Source of the DNA: a virus
Lineage: Duplodnaviria; Caudoviricetes
DNA length: 64,000 nt
Virus record (IMG/VR): IMGVR_UViG_3300021387_001758
Coordinates: 1-64,000 of that record
Direction: 5' to 3' (one strand)
In this document: positions 22,066 to 29,499 of the stretch, in pieces
How positions within the stretch are numbered: the stretch's first letter is position 1
How the letters are laid out: every line of letters starts with the position of its first letter
Notes under the pieces: generated by a model
The model's database searches: none
What the model was told of the DNA's origin: nothing
The model's input: only the letters and a program-made list of their open reading frames with translations
Position numbers and translations under genes: made by a program

Positions 22066-22422
22066 ATGGCTGTTAGTAGAAAAGTAGAAAGAGAACTTTT
22101 GAGAGAAGAGTATTTGAACAAACTGATTGAGTACTTTAAAGCCGATGAAGATGTTTTGAGAGTGAAAAGTAACGAAATCGCATTTCCTGTAGTTGGTTGT
22201 AACGATAGTGAGGATTTTATCGTAATTACAGTAAAAGTGCCTACGGGTGCAAACAAAGGTACAGAGCCTTACGATGGTTACGAACTTGCCGAAGAATACG
22301 AAATGAAGTTGAAAGAGAAAGAACAGAAAAAGAAAGAAAAGGCAATCGCAAAAGAAAAGAAAATCAAGCGTGACGAAGAAGTCAGACGCAAGAAAAAGGA
22401 AATCGCCGAAAAAGGAAAATAA
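22066..22422 (+). CDS. Hypothetical coiled-coil protein, MAVSRKVERE family paralog 1
   Basis: Close paralog of 27748..28107. Confidence 0.75.
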   Translation: MAVSRKVERELLREEYLNKLIEYFKADEDVLRVKSNEIAFPVVGCNDSEDFIVITVKVPTGANKGTEPYDGYELAEEYEMKLKEKEQKKKEKAIAKEKKIKRDEEVRRKKKEIAEKGK

Positions 22423-22510
22423 AAAAAATAAAAAATAAAAGAGAAAAGGGGTTGACAAAATCCCTTTTTTCATATATAATATAATTGTAAAGAGAAAGGG
22501 GAAAGAAAAA

Positions 22511-22693
22511 ATGAAAAAGAAATACAGACTGAATAAAGTAAAATTTATCCGTTTTATCTGCTTTACAATTATGCTTTTAATCATCGGTTGGTTCATGGTT
22601 TCATACATTGAAATTCTTTGTAAGAATATCACAGAAAATCCGACTTACAGCGACTGGAATTTTATCTTTGTTGCACAAAAACTTTTGAAATAA
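22511..22693 (+). CDS. Small membrane protein
   Basis: 60 aa with one hydrophobic segment. Confidence 0.6.
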   Translation: MKKKYRLNKVKFIRFICFTIMLLIIGWFMVSYIEILCKNITENPTYSDWNFIFVAQKLLK

Positions 22694-22914
22694 TCACCTT
22701 TTACCTCCTTTTTTACAATATATGGAAAAGGTCACCACTGAGTGGTGACTTTTTCCGCTCTTCAAAAAGAACATATGTTCGCCTCCGGCGCCGGACCGGA
22801 GATTGTTAAAAAATTAACAATTTCGGCACCGCGCACTTTAACGCTTTAACGTGGTAAAGTGTACGCAGACGGGCGCGCCCGCTTTAGCGCGCTAAAGTGG
22901 TAAAGGATTGTACT

Positions 22915-23470
22915 AAATAAAAAACATTAAAAAAGGTATTGACATTTAGGGCGGGCGGGTGTATACTATAATTGTTCCAAGGGAGGGACAAACGAAAATA
23001 AAAAAAATAAAAAAAGTTTGAAAAATCCCTTGACAAATCAAAGCCAATGTGCTAATATATACTTGAGGGTAGGAGAGTTAAGGGTTTACCTCACTACAAA
23101 GTAGCAAGCAGTCGCAAGTACAAGCACTACCGAAAAAACCCGAAAAAAGTTTAAAAAAAGTGTTGACAAACTAAAGCAAATGTGCTAATATATAATCAAG
23201 GAAAGGGAGATACTTCTGAGACTGTTCCCCAATACCGAAAGGCAAGAGAACTGTGAGCCAAATAAAATTTGTAGCCGCATAGGAAGTATCACCCGAAATC
23301 CTAAAAAAATCTAAAAAAGGTATTGACAAACTTGAAAAAGTATGTTAATATATAAATGTCAAGAGGGTCGTGGAGAGGTCGCCCCACGAAGTAGCGTAAG
23401 AGGATAACACACAGACCTAAATCGATAAGTGAAAACCTCTTGACAATATTACAAAAGTGTGATAATATAT
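22915..23470 (+). promoter_or_regulatory. Stack of five tandem sigmaA promoters with ORF-less intervals
   Basis: TTGACA near 22940, 23031, 23164, 23323, 23440, each with a -10-like hexamer. Confidence 0.75.
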
Positions 23471-23546
23471 AATCACAGAGAGGGAGACAGGAACTCCCAA
23501 AGGTAACTAAAAAGGGTCACGACCAACGTGAGAAAGTAGGTACACT

Positions 23547-23888
23547 ATGACTAACAGAGAATTCTTCGAAATGGTAATGAATGGTAACGTAACTGACGAG
23601 GTTAAGGCTCACGCTGAAATGTCGATTGAGAAACTCGATGCGCGCAACGCAAAGAGAGCATCTCAGCCGTCAAAGAGAGCGATTGAGAACGAACCTATCA
23701 AGGCTAACATCAGAGAGTATCTCGCTGATAAAGAGCCGACTACGGCAAGCGAAATTGCCAAGGGACTTGAACTGACTGTTCAGAAAGTTTCCGCACTGTG
23801 TAGACAGATGGTAAATGATGGTATTCTCACCGTTACCGAGGTTAAGGTAAAGGGAAAGGGCAATCAGAAAGCGTATGCTATCGGTTGA
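23547..23888 (+). CDS. Winged-HTH (MarR/ArsR-like) protein, paralog 1
   Basis: TTASEIAKGLELTVQKVSALCRQMVNDGIL. Confidence 0.75.
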   Translation: MTNREFFEMVMNGNVTDEVKAHAEMSIEKLDARNAKRASQPSKRAIENEPIKANIREYLADKEPTTASEIAKGLELTVQKVSALCRQMVNDGILTVTEVKVKGKGNQKAYAIG

Positions 23889-24181
23889 CAATAATTCCCA
23901 GCCGGGAAGAGAGAGAAAATCTCTCTCTTCCTTTTTTTACCATTCCGCGGTTAACAATAACAGGTATTATGTCAACCGCGACAATAATAATATTATTGTC
24001 AACCGGCCAAAAATCTTTATCCACAGATTGTTAAATTTTTAACAGGGCGGCCGGCCGCGCGCACTTTAGCGAGTTAAAGCGTTAAAGGATCGAGCCAAAA
24101 AAATAATTGGAAAAAAGTACTTGACAAGTCCTCTTCATTATGGTAATATATACTTGTAAGAAGGAGAAAGGAGAAATAAAA

Positions 24182-24373
24182 ATGACTTGTACTGAATGGA
24201 ATAAAGGGATTAAGTTCCTCACTACTGCAGAGGTAGGCGCGTGGGTTGACCACGAAGACCGCACAGTTATTATCGAGGAGATGTGCGGAGGCAGATATTT
24301 ACTCCTCGACCGCAAAGAAGTTTGCGGGGTGACCGATTCGGTCATCGAGGCGATGTCATTCCTTAGGGGATAG
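24182..24373 (+). CDS. Hypothetical protein
   Basis: 63 aa; start by RBS. Confidence 0.6.
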   Translation: MTCTEWNKGIKFLTTAEVGAWVDHEDRTVIIEEMCGGRYLLLDRKEVCGVTDSVIEAMSFLRG

Positions 24374-24527
24374 GCAACCGCCTTTTTTATTAACCAATGA
24401 ACGAACGTTCGCGCGGCCGGCCGCGCGCACTTTAGTCTGCTAAAGCATTAAAGGATCGAAAAAAAGTACTTGACAAATCCTCTTCATTATGGTAATATAT
24501 GGGTAGAAAGAGAAAAGGAGATAAAAA

Positions 24528-24701
24528 ATGAAAGTGATTTTTGCAGGGTATCTTATTGTAGTCTTTTCCCTTGGCGTTCATGGGATTTTTTATGATAAAA
24601 CCGATAAAAACGGAAATTTTAAAGTAAATTGGCCTTTTGGTTTATTTCTTTTCTTGTTTGGACTTACTCCCATAATTGCGAAAATATGTAATTTAATTTG
24701 A
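24528..24701 (+). CDS. Small two-TM membrane protein (57 aa)
   Basis: Hand-translated MKVIFAGYLIVVFSLGVHGIF...WPFGLFLFLFGLTPII. Confidence 0.55.
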   Translation: MKVIFAGYLIVVFSLGVHGIFYDKTDKNGNFKVNWPFGLFLFLFGLTPIIAKICNLI

Positions 24702-24770
24702 AATTGCACTTGACAAGTCCTCTTCATTGTGATATACTTATTATAGAAAGAAAGGAAAGGAGAAAGGAAA

Positions 24771-24938
24771 ATGAAAACGTACTTATTTGAAGATTTTGAA
24801 ACGGGTGAGAGATTCTTTGTTGAAGAGGAAACACCGGAAAAGGCAATTGCAGTTGCCGATGAATATTTTGACCACGCTATTTTCATGTGGGAAGTATCCG
24901 AAGAATGGGCGGACTTGGCAGGATTTGACACTTACTAA
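24771..24938 (+). CDS. Small acidic protein (55 aa)
   Basis: Hand-translated MKTYLFEDFETGERFFVEEE...; promoter and RBS. Confidence 0.6.
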   Translation: MKTYLFEDFETGERFFVEEETPEKAIAVADEYFDHAIFMWEVSEEWADLAGFDTY

Positions 24939-25042
24939 AAAAAATTAAAAAAGTTTTGAAAAAGGGTTGACAAGTTCAACCCTTTATGGTAATATATAAT
25001 CGTAAGGAAGAGAGAGTTAAAAAAAAGAGAAAGGAAAAAGAA

Positions 25043-25234
25043 ATGATGTACTTAGTAATTTTTATCGAAGAATACGTTGGCTACCACTTTGACGAACACA
25101 CCAAGTTTTTCAAGGATGAACAGTCGGCAAAGGAATATTGCCAGAAATTAAACGCCGAATTTGCCGAAGAAAATCATTGTTCGGTTGAAGATTTAGGTGA
25201 CTACTACACGGTTGAGTGGGTTAAGGAAGGTTAG
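25043..25234 (+). CDS. Small acidic protein
   Basis: Start by RBS; terminator at ~25250-25276. Confidence 0.6.
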   Translation: MMYLVIFIEEYVGYHFDEHTKFFKDEQSAKEYCQKLNAEFAEENHCSVEDLGDYYTVEWVKEG

Positions 25235-25586
25235 AAAGGACTAACCCACCAAAAAGAGGGCAACCTCTTTTTTTTTGTTCTGCCGGCGAACATACGTTCT
25301 CGGCGGCCGCCCTCGCGCACTTTAGCGTAGTAAAGTGGTAAAGTGGACGGATCCGGCGCCCGCGCATAAACATACATGAAAATGTATAAATATTTTTTTC
25401 AAAAAAGTATTGACAAAATTGATTATATATATTATACTATAATGGGGAAGTATGCCCAGGCGTAAAAGTGCGAATTTTCTGAATTGTCAGAAAATTAAAA
25501 CTTTTTATTTTGGGGTTGACAAATTCCGTTCTATCCCTTATAATAGTAACTGTAAGGTAAAGAGAAAAGGAAAGGAACGAAACAAC

Positions 25587-26252
25587 ATGAAAATCGACAA
25601 AAGAAAAAACTATTATCTGACAATCGACACGGAAACGGCAAACGGATTTGATGACCCGATTGTATACGATTTAGGCGGATGTATACATGACAAGAAAGGC
25701 AACGTAATGGAAACATTTTCCTTTATCATTTACGAAACCTTTTGCGGAATGAAAGATTTAATGCAGAGTGCCTACTACTCCGAAAAAATTCCGATGTATC
25801 AGAAAGAAATTGACGAGGGAAAAAGAAAAATCGTAACCTATACCACCGCCAAAAGATATATCAATGCACTTTGTAAAAAGTACAATGTCAAGGCAATAAT
25901 CGCCCACAATATGAGATTTGATTATAGGGCAACGACACGGACGCAAAGATATATCACGAAATCAAAAGTCAGATTTTTTCTTCCGTATGGCGTTGAATTG
26001 TGGGATACAATGAAAATGGCAAATGATACAATTTGCAAACAGAAAACATATATCAAGTGGTGTAAAGAAAACGGATATATGACAAAGAACGGACAAGTCA
26101 GAAAAACGGCGGAAATCCTTTACAAGTACATTTCAGGCAACTGGGATTTTGTGGAAAATCATACAGGACTTGAAGATGTGCTAATCGAAAAGGAAATCTT
26201 TTCCAAGTGTATGGCACAACATAAGCCGATGAGAAAATTATGTTTTGACTAA
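25587..26252 (+). CDS. DEDDh 3'-5' exonuclease, paralog 2
   Basis: IDTETANG, AHNMRFD, HTGLEDV. Confidence 0.85.
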   Translation: MKIDKRKNYYLTIDTETANGFDDPIVYDLGGCIHDKKGNVMETFSFIIYETFCGMKDLMQSAYYSEKIPMYQKEIDEGKRKIVTYTTAKRYINALCKKYNVKAIIAHNMRFDYRATTRTQRYITKSKVRFFLPYGVELWDTMKMANDTICKQKTYIKWCKENGYMTKNGQVRKTAEILYKYISGNWDFVENHTGLEDVLIEKEIFSKCMAQHKPMRKLCFD

Positions 26253-26335
26253 AAAAATTCTAAAAAAGGGGTTGACAAAGTCAGCCCCTTTTGGTATTAT
26301 AATTATAGAAAGAGAGAGAAAGAAAGGTAAGAAAA

Positions 26336-26488
26336 ATGTATATGGTATGGGTATTTGATGAAGATTTATATGATGATGTGTTGATTTTTGAAGGGTCATA
26401 TGAACAGTGCCAAGAGGTAGTAGCCGAAGGGCGCGCAATCGGTGAGGACCCGTATATCGTAGCCAGCGAGGACTACTACGAGGACTAA
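26336..26488 (+). CDS. Small acidic protein (50 aa)
   Basis: Hand-translated MYMVWVFDEDLYDD...; terminator at ~26499-26527. Confidence 0.55.
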   Translation: MYMVWVFDEDLYDDVLIFEGSYEQCQEVVAEGRAIGEDPYIVASEDYYED

Positions 26489-27029
26489 GCCGAAAAGGAT
26501 AAGCCGAAAGGCTTATCTTTTTTTTTGTTCTTAAAAAGAACATATGTTCGCGGCGGGCCGGTGGCGCGCACTTTAGTCTGCTAAAGCGTTAAAGCGATCC
26601 GCGCCGCTTGTTAAAAATTTAACAATCGATCCGGTCCGCCGATTGTTAAAAAATTAACAAAGATTTTTTTCAAAAAGGGGTTGACTTTTTCCCTATGTGG
26701 GTATATACTATAATTGTCAAGGGGAGAGGAAGCCGAGGGACTCACGAGGGCGCGCACTCCACGAGAGAAGGAAAAAAATTCTCGAAAAAAAATAAAAAAA
26801 CCCCTTGACACTATCACAAAAATGTGATAATATATAATTGACCCAAGGGGAGAGGTTAAAAACGAAAGTAGTAAAATATTACAACCCCGCGGGTGAAAAA
26901 AAGTTTTAAAAAGTACTTGACAAGATAGACAAAAGGTGCTATACTTAAGTCAAGGAAAGGGGAAAGACAGGAACTTTCCCAAAGGTAAATCTAAAAAGGG
27001 TTGTGACCAACACAAGAAAGAGGTGTCTT

Positions 27030-27374
27030 ATGACAAAGAGAGAATTCATGGAAATGGTTATCGCTGAGGTTACTAACGCAGAACTCAAGGCTTTTGCCCA
27101 GTCTGAAATCGAAAAGATGGACGCGCGCAACGCTAAGAGAGCCGAAACGCCTTCCAAGACGGCAATCGCTAACGAGCCTATCAAGGCACAGATTGTCGAA
27201 TTCCTGAAGGGTTGCGAGGAAAAGGTTACCGCTTCCGCTATCGCTTCCGAGGTTGAAATCTCAACGCAGAAGGCTTCCGCCCTTTGCAGACAGTTGGTAG
27301 CAGATGGTGTTCTGACCGTCGCAGATGTGAAGGTTAAGGGCAAGGGTACACAGAAGGGTTACGAAATCGCGTAG
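27030..27374 (+). CDS. Winged-HTH protein, paralog 2
   Basis: VTASAIASEVEISTQKASALCRQLVADGVL. Confidence 0.75.
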   Translation: MTKREFMEMVIAEVTNAELKAFAQSEIEKMDARNAKRAETPSKTAIANEPIKAQIVEFLKGCEEKVTASAIASEVEISTQKASALCRQLVADGVLTVADVKVKGKGTQKGYEIA

Positions 27375-27747
27375 CCTAACCCAAGCCGAGGAAGGGAAAA
27401 ATTTTCCCTTCCTTTTTTTACCATTCAGACGAACATATGTTCGTGGCAGAAATTGGAAGAACATATGTTCGCGAACATACGTTCGCGGTCGATCTGGTCC
27501 GGACTTTGTTAAAAATTTAACAATCGGGGCCGGCGCCGCGCACTTTAACACACTAAAGTGCTAAAGTCTTTCGATCCGGCGCGCGGTTTACATAATATTA
27601 TTATCGTTATGCGGTGCGGTTTACATAATATTATTATCGTTACGAAAAAATCCGAAAAAAATTTTTGAAAAAGGGTTGACAAATTGTGTTCTATCCCTTA
27701 TACTATATATAGAAAGTAAGAGTTGAGGTTAAGGAAAGGAGTTAACT

Positions 27748-28107
27748 ATGGCAGTATCGCGCAAGGTAGAAAGAGAAATCATCCGCAAACAGTATCTCGA
27801 AATGGTAGCCGAATTCCTCAAGGAAAAGGGTGAAGATGTTCTCCGTGTTAAGTCCAACGAAATCGCTTTTCCAGTCGTTGGATGTGAAGATAGCGAAGAT
27901 TTTCTCGTTATCACTTTCAAGGTGCCGACTGGCGCCAATAAGGGAATGGAACCGTATGACGGTTACGAAATGGCGGAAGAGTACGAAATGAAACTCAAAG
28001 CCAAAGAGGAAAAGGCGAAAGCCAACGCCGAAAAAAAGGCGAAGAAAATCGCTCGCGACAAAGAAATCAGAGCGAAAAAGGCAGAAATTGCCAACAAGGG
28101 AAAATAG
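27748..28107 (+). CDS. MAVSRKVERE family paralog 2
   Basis: Shares LRVKSNEIAFPVVGCxDSEDF and KVPTGANKG with 22066..22422. Confidence 0.75.
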   Translation: MAVSRKVEREIIRKQYLEMVAEFLKEKGEDVLRVKSNEIAFPVVGCEDSEDFLVITFKVPTGANKGMEPYDGYEMAEEYEMKLKAKEEKAKANAEKKAKKIARDKEIRAKKAEIANKGK

Positions 28108-28619
28108 CCATTTTCTTCCAGAGGGAAGAGGGTCGGTTGACCCTCTTCTTTTATTGTAAACCGCGCAACAATAATAATATTATGTCAACCACGAACATAT
28201 GTTCGCGGCAGCCGAATTTCAAAGGCGAACATATGTTCGCGGCCGGCCGTAGTTGTCCACTTTAACACACTAAAGCGATAAAGTGCGCGCCGGCGGGCGT
28301 CCACTTTAACACGTTAAAGTAGTGAAGTGCAGAAATCCGGGCCGCTCGTTAAATTTTTAACAAAGTCAAGTTTTCTGGCAACTATTCCGAAAATTAGTTT
28401 TTTAGGAATAGTTACAACCTCTTCACTATATATAGTATATTTCCCTCTTCAATACCACTATATATAGTATGTTTTGGTCGTGCCAACTATTCCGAAAAAA
28501 TGCTTTATCGGCATAGTTATACCGCCGAATTGTCAGAATATTCCAACTATTCAGAATTGTCAGAATATTCCAGCTTTTCGCTTTAGCGTACTAAAGCGTT
28601 AAAGCGTTGTCAAATTTTA

Positions 28620-28860
28620 AAATTTTTCCAGGAGCTGCGAAAGAGCTGCGATCGAAAATTTTTTTCACGGCCGTGGGGAGCTGCGATTTGACTTTTTTAT
28701 TTCGCATCCAGGAGCTGCAAAAAATTTGACTTTAAAAGTCAAATTTCTTTTATAAAATTCAAGGAGCTGCGCTTTGGAAATTTGACAAAAAAAGTCAAAT
28801 TTTTAAGGAGCTGCAACTTAGAGCTTTTGGGAATTTGACTTTAAAAGTCAAATTTTCAGC
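28620..28860. repeat. Cluster of GGAGCTGC direct repeats and TTTGAC-N7-GTCAAA palindromes
   Basis: GGAGCTGC at 28631, 28677, 28711, 28763, 28807; palindromes at 28722, 28778, 28832 (and ~29580). Confidence 0.8.
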
Positions 28861-29115
28861 GCGCACCCGCACGAACCTCTTCAAATTAAAATTTGAAAAA
28901 GCTCTAAAAATCTTTTATAATATATATAGAAAGTGAGGGAAGAAAAAAATAAAAAGCTCCTCCGCTGAAGAGGAAAGGGCAAAAGAAATTTTGACAAATC
29001 CTCAAAAATCTTATATAATATATATGTAAGATGAAGAGAGGGAAAAGTAACTTCCTTCTAAAGTAAAAACCATAACGTAACTGGGTGGTGACCTACACCA
29101 GAAAGAGAGTACAAA

Positions 29116-29457
29116 ATGACTAAGAGAGAAATGATGAACCTGATCGCTAACGGAACTATCAATGAAGAGGTTATGGCTTGGGCTGTCGGCCAGATCGAGA
29201 AGATGGATGCGGCTAACGAGAAGCGCAGAAACTCCGTTTCTAAGAAAGCGCTTGAGAACGCTCCGATCATCGACAGAATCGTGAACGAGATCCTCGGTGA
29301 GGAACCGATGACTGCTACTGATGTAGCTGGAGTTCTCGGAGTTTCTGTCCAGAAAGCATCTGCACTCCTGCGCACTGCCGTGAAGGAAGGTAGAGCTGCT
29401 GCCGAGGACGTGAAAGTTAAGGGCAAAGGCACTCAGAAGGGGTACACTCTCGCGTAG
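29116..29457 (+). CDS. Winged-HTH protein, paralog 3
   Basis: MTATDVAGVLGVSVQKASALLRTAVKEGRA. Confidence 0.75.
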   Translation: MTKREMMNLIANGTINEEVMAWAVGQIEKMDAANEKRRNSVSKKALENAPIIDRIVNEILGEEPMTATDVAGVLGVSVQKASALLRTAVKEGRAAAEDVKVKGKGTQKGYTLA

Positions 29458-29499
29458 TGCCGCGCGAGCTGTAGTAAACGGCTGAAGAGGGGAAATCAC

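Larger units (their letters stand above)
17180..28238. promoter_or_regulatory. 15 Gram-positive LexA/SOS-type boxes (GAAC-N4-GTTC, mostly GAACATATGTTC)
   Basis: Starts at 17180, 17339, 18474, 18495, 20025, 21365, 22769, 24399, 25288, 26538, 27431, 27459, 27473, 28193, 28227. Confidence 0.75.
17111..28363. promoter_or_regulatory. 12 Rex-type boxes (TTGTTAA-W4-TTAACAA)
   Basis: Starts at 17111, 17369, 17403, 17458, 20102, 21438, 22803, 24028, 26608, 26643, 27506, 28346; nine perfect, three with one mismatch. Confidence 0.7.
17502..28606. repeat. 14 CTTTA-N6-TAAAG-N3-TAAAG triad motifs
   Basis: Near 17502, 18529, 20056, 21392, 22834 (reversed), 22880, 24062, 24428, 25318, 26569, 27541, 28258, 28302, 28579. 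Confidence 0.85.

Noticed and set aside
21913-22632. 239-aa minus-strand ORF and similar Phe/Leu-rich ORFs (17639..18124, 18125..18391, 26945..27343, 29011..29499)
   Set aside because: Antisense shadows of purine-rich plus-strand genes and promoters; no RBS.
24017-24025. Perfect DnaA box TTATCCACA
   Set aside because: Single copy with no cluster; could occur by chance.
17100-28600. CRISPR array or integron attC array
   Set aside because: The repeats are short mixed motifs with irregular spacing and whole genes between them; no constant 25-45 bp repeat, cas gene, integrase or attC-style R/L boxes.
17502-28606. HrcA CIRCE elements within the TAAAG triads
   Set aside because: TTAGCAC-like half-sites occur, but the 9-bp spacer and the GAGTGCTAA half are missing.
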